DNA of 64,000 nucleotides from Laetmonice hystrix (Eukaryota). Position 1 is the stretch's first letter; the number at the start of each line of letters is the position of its first letter. This document shows, one piece after another, positions 1-13,100 of this stretch. Below the pieces are notes generated by a model that was not told the origin of the DNA, did not search any database, and worked only from the letters and a program-made list of their open reading frames with translations. Position numbers and translations under genes: made by a program. The stretch spans positions 52,082,001 to 52,146,000 of the forward strand of contig OZ249436.1 of the NCBI GenBank assembly GCA_965235115.1. Direction: 5' to 3'.

Positions 1-1655
1 CACTCCCAGTCAATTGTAGATGTCACCTTGCCCGCACATGTTCGGAAAAAACAACAACATGGGAACATTGTCCTGACATCATTTTTGCAGAGTGTTATAC
101 AAACATCCCATTACCACACCAAACCCTACGGTTGAACAATTTCTTACATTACGGATATCACGCTATTGCCATAATGGGAGTTGCACAGAGTGCTTGTTGA
201 AAACACTCACATCATTAAACCGAAATAACGGTCAAATGTTATTACATCTTTATAAGTCTACACACGAGTCCTGCACACTTTCAATGAAAAATCAAAATGA
301 AACAAAACAAAAATTCTCAAAACATTTTATGATCAAGTATGACAGAAAGTTTTAACTGACATTGACACGTGGTCATATTGCTCTGTGGCAGCTGCACCCA
401 AACACAAAACAAAAATGTGTTATCATTACTTATAGTGGTACTGATAGCACTATCAACGCTTCTGTGCGGCCGGCACTGGGCACCAGATGATGCAAAGGTG
501 CATACCTATGATAGTACTACGATACTGGCTCACAGCCAGGAGAGCAAAAAAATGCAGATTTAAATAATAGTGATACAACATTACCAAGACTATGGACACT
601 ACACTTCAACATTAATCATGTATATACCGACTCATGATATCACTATCTGCAATAAAAATGTCAAATACATCAGAGTTCACATGAAATCATGACGAGGATA
701 AGAATCACACACACCGGAACAATGCCCTACTCTTTTCAGTAAGTAGCAAGGGATCTTTAACAGGCAACACACTGCATAGATAGAGGGTAACACACTTGGC
801 CGTCAATAGCCCAGTCTGGAAAACACAGCAAGGACAGGCAGACACTCGGGATCAACTTCTGCCTCAGCCCTAATTTAATTCCGATTTCGGATAGGAATGA
901 TGGAACCTGTTTTCTGAAATTGGTGTGAACTGCAAGCACATGTGGATTTCGTTCTTTATCCCCAAGATTGCTGGGCAACGCACGGCAAATTGCCTAAATA
1001 AACAAGACCCTTAATATTTGGCTAAAATAAAATTAGAATCTCAGTCATTTTGATTCCCCCCTCCCCCCGAAAAAGAAGTTGCTCTCATATACGTTATTTT
1101 GTAACCCAGTGAGGTGAGTTATTACCACTGCAAAGTCAACCCCTTTTCTTGTCAATTTCCTAGTAAAAGGCCGTCTGAGTCTGAAATAGATCACAGTACA
1201 CATAAGAAAATTGAAGAAGGCTTCTCAACAAGTGCTAGACCAAATTGCCTGGTTTTACAGCTGTTGGATGCGCATGAAGGACTAACTCTGGTTAATGCCA
1301 ATGGTGAACCTCTGTGACGTCATGTTATGTCACGCGCTACCGTTAATGGCAGCCTTCTGATGACTTACAAACACTGATACAGAAACGGTCCCAAACTTGT
1401 CATAAATGATCACAGACGCCTGAAACTTTTTATACTGGCTCGCCAAAGTCCCAAGCGAAATCCCACGATTGGGGCTATAGCGGGTTTGAAGTGTCTCACT
1501 CAAAAGTCCTTCTACAGTTCTAGGTGACATTCTCAACCCGTACTATAGACCAGTAGGTGCCAGTTTGTGAGAAAATGACTATGTACAGTTAAAAGGTTAG
1601 AGATGGTAGCCAACTGAAGTATGTACCAGCCCTTACTCAGTGGTAATGCATCTAA

Positions 1656-1784
1656 AGGGATTCTCACACGCTACGATTTCTGCTACGATATCGTACGATA
1701 ACCTACGATATGCCTAAAATCGATATCAGATCATAGACGTGATGGATTGTAGTGTAGCCGAAATCTTAGCGTGTGAGAGCCCCT
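1656..1784. mobile_element. PIF/Harbinger-like hairpin MITE
   Basis: TIRs agggattctcacacgctacgatttc / gaaatcttagcgtgtgagagcccct, flanked by TAA and TTA. Confidence 0.7.
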
Positions 1785-1958
1785 TTAGCCCGAACTTTCT
1801 ACAACTCATTTAGTTCTAATCATGTCATCAATCCTTGCTCAACAATTCGGATTTTCTAAATATTGATGGACTTTTTCCTCACCTAGATGTAAAGGTAGAG
1901 CTCTATTAGCCATCTCTTTGAACTCAGAGATGCGTTTACATGATCTGCAAGATCTGGA

Positions 1959-2011
1959 AATCTAAACAATAACACATAGAACCTTAATCTAAACAATAAC
2001 ACATAGAACCG
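1959..2011. repeat. Local 25-bp direct duplication
   Basis: aatctaaacaataacacatagaacc occurs twice, separated by 3 nt. Confidence 0.8.
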
Positions 2012-2690
2012 GCCCATGGAGGCTTTTAGGTATGTGCTCTAACAAGCACTCCCCAATTTCCTCTTTTTTCGTTTTTCCACTTTTTTTCCAAGCAGGGAAT
2101 CATAAGAGTAATTTCATTTACACCAATGATAACAGGCAGCAACAAAACATCAAATCATCAACCATATTCTACTATAAATAAACTATAATCACAGTGCCTG
2201 CTCCACCAGATTTTAAAATAGTGGCTCGCATCACGAATTTTCATCAACTTTGTTGGTTTTCCCACCTTTTATTCACCACATTGCAACATGTCAATGCGAC
2301 AAGGGCAGAATAATTTGACTCAATGCATGTGGTAAGTGTGTAGTCCCCAGAAAGGCGCCAACTCTTAGGAGTATCTGTAAATTTGACACATTTTTTGACA
2401 TTTTGACGTCCTGACCGACTAACTAATATATTTTTGATTTTTCCAAGGGGGGCACAGACACACGTTATCCCTGTAGCGATACCCACGTATACATACTCCA
2501 GACTCAACCTAGCTACTACTTATTATTGATATTATATAGTTATTACTAAAAGAAAATTAATTTGGAATGTTTAAAGCAATAATTCCCAGTCCTTAAAATT
2601 CGACAAGGAATCCACTTCTTTGCAATTATGTTAGAGTCATTTCTAACACGCGTTCTTTTTTGTCTTCCGACATTTTAAAAGTATCACTTG

Positions 2691-2864
2691 CAGGGTTTCC
2701 TGCAGGCCCTTTTTTTTTGGGGGGGGGGGAGACTCCCCCCATTATTTAGCTACTCCCCAAAGAAATTTTCCAGGGGGGAATATTTTGCATCACTCTCTCC
2801 CCCCCCCCAAAAAAAAAACTCGCAGCATTCCCCCCCAAAAGTCGAAAATCTCCAGGAAAGCCTG
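2691..2864. mobile_element. hAT-like MITE with 5-bp TSD
   Basis: TIR cagggtttcctg / caggaaagcctg; ACTTG on both flanks. Confidence 0.75.
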
Positions 2865-3434
2865 ACTTGATAGGTCAGGGTCCATTAAATTAAACATACT
2901 GGTACATATATTCTCTTCAACATGTTTACAGCTTAAACTACAGATGGAATGTCTACTGGTGCACTGTGCGAGTTCTCAATGAAAACTCTACCTAGATTTA
3001 GGATTTGGAGCCAGCTCTGTGATTGGGGATCTGAGCAGGGTGGGACCCATTCTAGACCTGCATCATACATCTTTTACTCGAATATATTGCATCTCTCACA
3101 CTTCAAGTTGTACCTCAAATAAAGCAGAGCAGAGCGACGTGGTCTTTTTCATTACATGAAAGTATTGTGGATTTACTGACAACCCTTGGTAACTTGATCT
3201 TTTCATAAATGGCACAAAGGGGCAACTACGCCCGAGTTGATTGTTTCATGGAAACAAGAGACATGGCACTTTTTTTTCACTCACAAATGGAATATCTTCA
3301 AGCACGCATTTCTAAGATATAGTACTGGATGATAATATCACAGATGATCTCAGGTGGTAATTTCAAACAATCACAAAAACACCATCTCCATGGAGTGGTC
3401 TACAACAAAGATGTGCAATATAATGCATATGGAA

Positions 3435-6400
3435 TCATGAAGGCACATTTGATTTTCTTGTCATTACTGTTGCCATTGATGGCAACACCTGTGCCTGGAT
3501 AGGCCCGTAATCGACCACCTCCCCATCTACACATAGGATACCTTTCTGCTCCAATGGTTCCAACCTGAAAGCCTTTACCTTGACAATCTCTTGTCCTTCA
3601 TGCTGGAGGTAAGACCCATCCTCCATGGCCAGGAGCAATGACAGGAGGCGACTACGAGACATCGGAGCTCTGATAAATGTCAAATATATGATGCCATCTT
3701 CAAGTTTACTTTCAGGTGCAGCGAACACGTCTGCGGAGAGATGACTCTGACAAGTAGCTGCCATGGAGATGAAATCGTCCTCGATGGTTACCCAGTCGTT
3801 TGGAACAGGCTCACGGAAGGACCGCAGCAGGGGTGTTGGAACTATTCTTGGTACATTGGACGCGTTTCCGTTGCTCCCTCCTGGCAATGGATGATCGCTA
3901 GTGGATATATTCTGACTGTAACGAAAGCTCAACCTATCTGGTCCAATGCCATTGCTTGACGGTAGCTGAAGATCTTCTACACTGACGTCCTTACTTTGGC
4001 CATTCACCGCAGGAGACGCCACAGTGTCATCCGAAGGGACGAGCCTTTCAAGATCCTGGGGGGAGTCAAGATTCAAGGTGACTTGACCTGCGTCTACCTC
4101 TTCACTGGTACTACCATTGCTTCGTGGTCTGGGTGACGGGTTACCTGAGAATGGGACATCGATCATAGACTGAGATCGCACAGGTCGCCCTGCTGTTTCA
4201 ATCTGAAGGTTCACTGACTCACTGCGCGATCTCTTTGGTACTCTGGAGTTTTGGGGCGGGTGATACTCTTCAACAGGGAGAAAAGACAAACGACCACGGT
4301 ACTTCCTCAAACCTGAAAGTTAATAAAATAAACAAATTTTTAAGAACACAAGGCATGTTTTTCATTGATGGGAATAAGCTGCCTTTTTTTACATATAATG
4401 TAGTTTTTATTAAGTGTAGATGATTACTGCAACGAGCTGGAATAGTAAAAAGTAAAAAGAAGGCTACCACCCATGTGTTTAAAAAGTCTACAAGATAAAT
4501 GTACTGTACCCCCGTATATAAAAAGAATTCATGTTCCAGTTGTTACTACCAAAAAAACCACATCAATGGGAACCCAACCCATGGGTGGATCTGTTGCCTG
4601 GTTGCAGACAGACTCACCAAGTATTCTTGCAAACGCTCCAACAGTGAACCTTGCACTGCCAAGACTTCGGTACCTCTCACTCTCTATGTCAACATCAGCC
4701 ACGATTCCCCATGTGACAGATAAGAATGAATATAAGCGCTGTTTCAAGGTATCTACAGCCACGAGATCCATTGGTATCAGGTCATGTTTAGTTATCAGAA
4801 ACGTGGAGTGCAGGACCAGGTTATCTGTGAACGGCTCACTAAAATATCAAAAAGATAACATCCAAGAATAGTGAAACAGTAGCCTAAGATTTGACAAACC
4901 TTGCACAAACAGGCAGCCTTTTGGCTGGCGATGTGACTATACTAATCCACCATCGACCGATTAGTTTGAAGCTTAATGACTGACTTTCAAAGTGCTTTTC
5001 TTTGAAGTAAAGAGATATTTACAAGCATTAGTTGATACTTTATGTCATAGTCAACCTGCCTATTTCAATTTCATGGACTGAAATTAAAATACACAGTATC
5101 ATACATGACTTTCATAAAAAAAAATATTAAAAAAAGAAAAGCGTATGACATTGTGTTTCGGTGCTGAGGATTTCTGTTTTAATTATAAGGCCTGGTCGAG
5201 TGACTTACCCCGCATGGAAGTTGAGTGTACAACAGAGGGCGTTCCCAGAGCCTCCTGGTAATACACCAAGAGGTAAGAGGCAAGCCTGGTCCCAGTCTGG
5301 ACGTTCCATCAGGCCATTCACAACCTGCAAATACAATAGAATTCATTCTCATTTATTTACATTAAGAACATCAATAGATTTTTGTTATTACTGACACAAT
5401 TAATTTCAGAACTCTTTCTGTGCATTAAGTTTATCAGAGACTGGCCTATTGTTCTTGGGGTGATCAAGCTGCAGTTTAATGTTGGGACACACTGTTCAAC
5501 ACTGCACGAGTACGGGTATTCATGGGTTAACGGGTAATATTATCAATGAGCACCACTTTGAAATTATAGAATCACAAATTCAGTGCATTCAGGTAAAAAT
5601 CCAATGGTGAAATTGTCGATATCTTCAGATTCAAGAAATGCATTAAAACACTTACCTCAAATAATAATCCATCTCCAGACACGATAACTATAGCGTACCA
5701 TTCAGCCAATTTCATCGTCCTAGCGATTTCACGGGCATGACCAGCCCTCTCTGCAAACAGGATCAAATATGTATCCAAAAGTCACATACACATGTATTTC
5801 TTGCTTGAGCAAATAACCTCTGAGCCTGATGCAGAATCACTTAATATATACTTGAAATATTACATGATTTAAGTGAATAACAACGTGGGAATAAGTAATC
5901 ATGGGACTGATGTTTCGTGTGGGGAAAGTATAGTTCTAAACAGTGCAATACAATTTTTATTTAATTTATGCAGCTCAAATTCAATGGATAGTCCCTTAGA
6001 GACTAGGTATTCTGCACAATTTCTCATAAATAATGAAATGTCTTAAGCAAGTTGCTCTGTTAATCAGAAAATTAGATTTTATTAAAAAAAAAACCATTGT
6101 CAAAGAATGTTACGGAAATCTGTAAACCATGGTGACGTGAAGCTCTCAGTAAAAGAAAGAGTAAAAGTCCAGATAACATACCTGTCACAACCATATTAAA
6201 GTGGAGGCCAGCCTCAGCAAACATAGGAACTACTCTCTCCTGAAATATCTGAAGTGCTTTACCAGGTCCTGAGAAAGGGTTTACCAACACTAAGAGTTTC
6301 TTTGTTGGCTGTAGGCGCATCCTGACAGCATCTGTTAAACCATAAAAAATAAACTTCCTTCTACACCTCTGCATGAGTAAATATATGTTCAGTCAGAGCA

Positions 6401-9400
6401 CTGTAAGTTAATAATGAATATGGAGTCTAATATCTAATAGTGGAATTCAGAAAGGCAAGCTTGCTGACATTGATTATTGGGAATTAGATCATAAACTTGT
6501 AAAGATAGCATGTTTGGATTAAAGCTCACCAACATGCCAAAGTAAAAAAGTAGAGAAACAAAGAGTCTCGCACTGAAAGAAGTACCAGTAGTCCAGTACT
6601 TGGCACAGACTAAAGATAATAGCATGGACTTCACCCCCAGGGTAGTTTTGGATTTCTATATCTAGGACATACAATCATGTGCTCTGTTTAACATTTCTGT
6701 TTTCAACCATGCTCAATCATGGACATCAGTCGACCTACCATCTGTTATGATCATTTTGTGTCTAGGTGAGTCAGGTCCTGCCCCTTTCATATCCTAGCTA
6801 GGGATATGTTCCCATAAGTAATCCTCAGACAGAATGTACCTTGTTCTTTGTCTTTATAACGGCATGGCCAAGTGTTGCCAGTGGGGAATGATAATGCAAA
6901 TGATATCTGTCATGTATGATAATAAAACGTATGCAGGCGCTGGCGCAGTTTTCTTTAACGCCAGTAACTGCATTTTCATTTCAAGGCCTTTGACAAGCCA
7001 ATCTGGCCATTTTTATCATTTTAATTCCAGGTCTTGGATTTATTTGTTTAATTTCAAGGCTTTTCAAAGCCCAGTGCAGACCATGATTCTTATATATGCT
7101 CTTTCCCTTTAAAGTTGAAAGGTTACTTGTAAACGTCAATGATAGGATTAGCTTGCAAAGGGCAAGGAGTAGTAGTACCTTTATAAAGGTGTTAGTTTGG
7201 AAGAAGTTTTGTCAAACTGTGCCTTCAGGATGTCTCTTTGTTTTCTCAGTGTTTTGCAATTCACTAGCCCTGTGCATGGTAATGTACGGTCACAGTATGG
7301 AGGATGTACTGCTCAAAATGTTTGGCGATTGTGCTGTTGGTTGGTGAAGTTGACCTAGAGGTAGCCTGGAATCTACTAAAGGGTAAAGCCACTGTGGCTA
7401 AACAGGAACCTAAATACTTTAGCCACATAAGAATGTCTCTACACATCGTCTGCTCCCACCATTTTTAGGGACATCACAATCACATTCCACCATTACGCTT
7501 CACGATCTAACATAAACATTACAAATCGGCGTACTGGATCTGCACTTATACAACACAGTTAGACGATTTAGTAAATAGTCTTAGCCGAGTTCTTTGATAT
7601 GGTGAAGATTGTATACGGATATGTCTTTAAGTTTGCTACAGTTTCAGGTAAATGGTACAAACAATAGTTCAGCTGAAGCATCGCTTCCAGCTAGCAGTGT
7701 GGTTATCCAGTTCTAAGGTAACACTAATCAAAGTGATAACTCACACTAACGACATCGAGTGTGGTATAATTAGTGTCAGATAACCCTTCCCAGGGGGCAA
7801 ATACCCCGAGGGATGGGTTATCTGACACCAGGCACGAGGTCTGCTACCAAAGAAGCTCTAGGATCTAATCATGTTATAAATCAAATTTCATACTTATTAT
7901 TAATCCTTTGAACACCAAGTATCACAGGCCTAAGACACCCCACTCTGGGCTCACTGGGAAAAATCACCAACATAATAAGCTCTTTTCCATTTATCCATCA
8001 TGATGATGTCGTTGATAGATTCTAAGGGCTATAAGTCATAAGCCGTGCAAGATAGAGCCATAGGCATAGTAACTATTGAGCACAAATAGGAAGTCCTACA
8101 TGCTCTTTCAACTGACACCAAGATTTATGATGTAGCGTGAAGTAGGCGTAAAAAGCACCAGGTGGTGGCTGGTCTTCTCATACAACTCGACCACCCCATG
8201 GACACGTATGTCTTACACTGAGAAAAGGGTAGATTTCAAGACTGGCTTTCAACATCCAATGTTCTCAGTTAGGCATTATACAACATTCAAAGTATGACTT
8301 CCCAATACTTTATCAACATAATTTTTATGACTACAAGGATTATGCCCTTATTCACAAGGGTTAATGTATGGGGGAGGGAAAACACGTAAAGTTATATTTG
8401 AAATAGATGCCTTTAAAACAAATTTACCTAATTGAAAGGGCACCTGCTTGTAAAAATGACCATGATTACTGGGGGGAGGGGGGGCAGCTGCCCCCCCCCC
8501 CCCAGGTAGGTTACAGCCCTGCTTAGATATGATTAAATATCAGCTATTGGGAAGACCTTTCTATTTTAAATAACATGCAGGCTTTCCTTTTTTAAAAAAC
8601 GAGTGTGATCGCACCCGTGCTCCATCGCGCTGGTTATTTTTTGTGATCCGGCGCAACTGACCGTGCTCCTTGAAAATGATGGTGGTTTGGGGGACTATGA
8701 CGGAGAGTGAAAAAAACCCCCATCATAAATCAACGAGGAGCCATCACCAGCTCTTGACAAATTTACAGATGTGAAAGTCTGTTCAGTCATGTTGTACTTC
8801 AATGGCAGGCCTCTGAGAATTGAAAATGTGTGTAACCCATAAATGGGTTCCGAAATTTTTTTTCAGGTAACCCATTCATTTTGCGTTACAACCCATTTAC
8901 AAAACTGTTAGGCTACGGTATGTGAACTCAGTAAAAGACTTATGACTTACACATGGATATGGATTTCTTTAATATTCAATAAACATAGCGATATACTGAG
9001 AAGCATGCCGAAGGAGCTAGACATTAAAAGATCATCAATTATTGTGTCTATTTCACCAGAACTGGTGAATTTGCATGAACGGAGTTTGGGTTATGCAAAT
9101 TGACATAGATCTATCATCTACGCGAGCAATGGCCGAACAAAACGATCGTTGCAGCAATTTTCAGAGGCCTGAAAGGGACAACTTACCTTGTAAATTTGCT
9201 GTGGACGAGCCATGTAAAATAGCCTTCAATGTTAACCGCCACCTCTCTGCTTCCCGACCATTGTCTTCATAACTTTCATGATTCGAAAAAGTCAAAGTCA
9301 CAACATTCCTCCGGCGTACTGTCTTCTTGCTGGTAATTTTACGACAGTGCGGATATGAGTAAATTGCAATGTATGCATTTGAATCAGTGCCTTGTTTTCC

Positions 9401-9610
9401 CTTCAGACAATCACACCCTACGACATCAGTAAAACTTATGTGTATTGCCTTTTTGGCACTATCTCTGTTGTCGACTGGAATGCATGATATCCCGCGGGCT
9501 GTCACCTCCACCCGATGGATGGGTTTCGTCCTTGGGTACAGTAGCAGTTCCCCACTCAGTAGTATACATCTTTCTCTTGTCTGGTTGTCATCTTCCAGAT
9601 ATGCTGCCAT
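3435..9610 (-). CDS. SPHK: Sphingosine kinase (SPHK1/2 family, SPHK2-like architecture), spliced, 627 aa
   Basis: Coding exons 9610-9187, 6331-6182, 5750-5656, 5324-5209, 4838-4618, 4312-3435 (stop TGA). All introns are GT-AG with compatible phases. The protein has the conserved SphK motifs NPFSG, SGDGLLFEVVNG, PGGSGNAL, ADVDIESERYR and VDGE. Confidence 0.93.
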
Positions 9611-10103
9611 TTTCTACCAAAAGTTCCTCTTCATCATCAGACGCTTTCCCGTGACGGCTCGTTACAGTTCACCTGTCGCTGGGCTACTTTACACCTGGGT
9701 GACACGCTCGCGGCGACCACTCCCAACATGAAAGTTGCGGCGCTGTCAAACCACCGTTGTCGTCATGTGCCGTTGACGTTGTGGAACATCAAAATCACGA
9801 GTTGTGAATCCAATCTAACGTCACTGGATCCGATAGTAAAGGGTTTAGGATAAACCTACAAAACCTTACGGATGAGATATGGACTTCTGTGAGTGTAGTT
9901 TCTCACGTTTACAGTAAATACGTAGCCTACCTAAATTTCTCATCCGTGATCGGCATTGCCCCGGATCAACACAGGAAGTTGACGACTGTCAGTGCGCGGA
10001 ATGAATCCTGGGAAAACATTTCTCTGCAGTTCTCCGCCAGGGGGCGACATGCCGTATTCTTTCCCATAGTTCCTTCAACTTCCTCTTTCACCAACTTGGA
10101 GCG
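9611..10103. promoter_or_regulatory. Bidirectional promoter and 5'UTRs shared by SPHK and RPL18
   Basis: Divergent ATGs lie about 0.5 kb apart in a CpG-rich stretch. ETS-like CAGGAAGT near 9972, CTCF-like CCGCCAGGGGGCG at 10034-10046, TCT/5'TOP initiator tcctctttc at 10081-10089. Confidence 0.75.
10081..10090 (+). promoter_or_regulatory. TCT (polypyrimidine) initiator / 5'TOP of RPL18
   Basis: tcctctttca resembles the YYC+1TTTYY motif of animal ribosomal-protein genes and lies about 19 nt upstream of the ATG. Confidence 0.65.
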
Positions 10104-13100
10104 ATGGTGTGTTGTGCCGGTTTGATAACAATATTTCGAATCCGATTTGAATCTATGAAATAGAGGGCATCATGTTTCGAATAGGTGGGAGGATGGTCGC
10201 ATATAACTCATTCTTGAGATCTATACATTTATTTCCTGATTTTACTCACACAGGGTATCGACATTCGCCACAAGAATGACCGGAAGGTGCACAGGGATGC
10301 GCCTCACAGCGATGACATATACCTTCGTCTCCTTGTCAAGGTATGCGTGCTTATAATCAGTATCAACCGAAAATCGTCAAAAAATGTAGTGGTCTAGAAT
10401 ACATTTCTGACGGAGATTACTTGTGTTTTCAACGGGCCCCTAAAACTGACAGGACTACCAGTTTGTGATAGACTGAATCGTGTCGGTGAACTGTGTGTAA
10501 CAGGGGTTAGGTTCACAATCACATGGCCTCCGTCGAGTACTATAACAAGTAATTTTAGCGAGGTATTTAATTTAGTGATTTGCCATTATCGCTAACATTA
10601 TAGTTGCCGCTAAATTTTAATGATAAAGCCTTCCATACTAGTACTAATTCTCAAGTCGCTAAAATGGGTACCGGGGCGGATCCAGCTTTTTCCGTTAGGG
10701 GGGTTCAACGTGTATCTATACTAGGGGTGACACAGACGTGACTGTACGAGCGCCAAAGGCGCAAAGTCTGCAAGCGCCGAAGGCGCAAAGCCTTCCTAGG
10801 GGGGTCCGGGGGCATGTCCCCCGGAAAATTTTGAATTTCAAGGTGTAATTTGTTGCAATCCGATGCATTTTGGAGCACAAAATAAGGTATTCAATGCCCA
10901 ATGTGACCAAGGGTAAAAGGGTAGCCGAGCGTAGCGAGGCAAATTTTTTTTCAGGTGGTTTTTATCTTGCGACTGAAAGAAAAAAAACTTCTAAATTATA
11001 ATGTTTGAACCACCTTAAGTTAAAATGTGTGTATCTGCAAAATTTTAGGGGGGTTCGAACCCCCTGAACCCCCCCTGGATCTGCCAGTGGGTACCTGCTA
11101 AATAGTCCATATTGAAAATTCACTAAATTTTATACCCGCTAAATGAAACTTATACACTACAGTACCCCGGGCCCAGCCATGGCATGTGTGACAGTCCAGG
11201 GGACCGTTTCACTAAACACTCGTATTTTACGAGCTCATATTTTCTATAGACTAGGAGAAAATGTCTGTTTAAATAGAGCGTAGCATGGTCGACGCGCGAT
11301 GACCCAATTTATCGGGTGTGCATGTTTCTGACCTTTATAGTATGGATCTGGAATGGAAAACATAAGTAGGTCGCGCTATGGAGTACCACCCATAAGCGCT
11401 TCACGAAAGCGAGAGAAGCAACCCATTCTGGGTACTAGTCCTGGGCGATCTAACTTTTATAAGTTCCCAGTCACTCGGTGCGCTGACTGAGCGAGCGACC
11501 CGATTTGCTCATAAAGAACCGGACATCCAATAATCATAATCGAGGTTGGAATAGAAATTTCAATACCGTTGCTGTCTAGAAAAATCTATTTCATGCTCGG
11601 TTGAAGATTAGTACCAAAACGAAGGCCGCAAAGTTGCGATGAGGAATCTCTTTGCAGAGCGGTCAGGAGTCGATGGGCCAGGGTAAATCGCCAACTAAAC
11701 AGTGTTCTGGAAGACACCGTTTAGAAACTGAACTAGGCAACCTGCAGCCAGGAACCACATCTTGCATCTGTATTTTGAACTGAATTTGTCATGATTGCAG
11801 ACAATATTTTCTTCAAATGCTGGAGAATCTATCGATAACTATCTGCTGTCTGTTCTCACCGGGGAATATTTCCTGGACGAGATATTAACCATATGAAAGC
11901 ATGCAATCGCCACAGATGGTTGTTTCTTTTCTTACTCATTTTACATGTCCAAAGAGATCGTCTTTGACGTTCAGGCTGATTTTTTTGAGCCTTGAATTGA
12001 AGTGGTTTGGGCCTCACAGCATACATGGCATAAAATCACCATTTCTTATGTTTTACAGCTGTACCGTTTCCTGGCAAGGCGTACTGATGCAAAGTTCAAC
12101 AAGATTATCCTGAAACGGCTCTTTATGAGCAGGACTAACAGGCCCCCAGTCTCCGTGGCCCAGCTGGTAGGTCATAGACCTTTTCATAAAAACATGTCAG
12201 TGAGGTGGTGCCTACTGGGCACACAAGGCTCTATGTTCCGGTGTGCCCATTTTCACTGTAAATGTCGTCCTTTGTTAGGTAATGATAAGAGGGGTGGTTA
12301 GAAGGCTAAGCAGCAATCAGGGATGAAAGTTTTCAGGAAATTTCCTGAAATCAGGAAATTTGAAAAAATCCCCCCCCCCCCAAGAAATAACACCCAAAAA
12401 AGGAAATAGGCCTAGATCTATAGGCAAAAGAGGTAGGCCTAAGCCAAGGCTAAGTATTGCCCTGGACTGTGTGGTGGGCAATTAATATCAAATGAAACAA
12501 TATCCCCTTCCAGGACGTTTTTTAACACCATGCAGCTCAATATATCTCTACCTGCCAAAGTTCGTTTATAGATGGGGATATTAGAGTGTCTCAAACCCGT
12601 TCAGTGTGACGGGTGCCACCGTGCATAGGCCGGTCTGCCGGGGGTGCTGGTCCCTGTAGCTGTGGTGACATCGCTCACATAGACCGGCCCGCGTGGGCTG
12701 ACTTCTACCGGCACGCGGTGGCGTCTGTCCCGTCTGGCAGGCACGGCCCCGTGTCGCTGTGGTGAGAGCGACTCACCTCAGGTAATGACTTCAGGCAAAA
12801 TTGATGGTCAGGCAGCTGCGAAGCCCGTTGATTCAGGCTTGCCATTATGCCATATCCATGCGCGAATTTTGCCTGAGCGCTCACTTAGTGAACGAGACTA
12901 TAGTATAGACAGACCGGTCTGTCTAGTCCCGGCGTTGGTGATAGTGATTAGGCTGACGAACTATGCACCATCACAATGTCACTCCTCACAGGAAACTGGG
13001 TCAATTTAGTTCTATGAATCTGCCTAGTATATATGTCAGTAAGTTCTCATAATGTGTTCTTGCATATAAATTTGAGGATAGTGGCATTACGTAAGTGGTT

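Noticed and set aside
7264..7446. Extra SPHK exon in intron 1
   Set aside because: Candidate acceptors give in-frame stops in the required phase, and exons 1 and 2 join cleanly without it.
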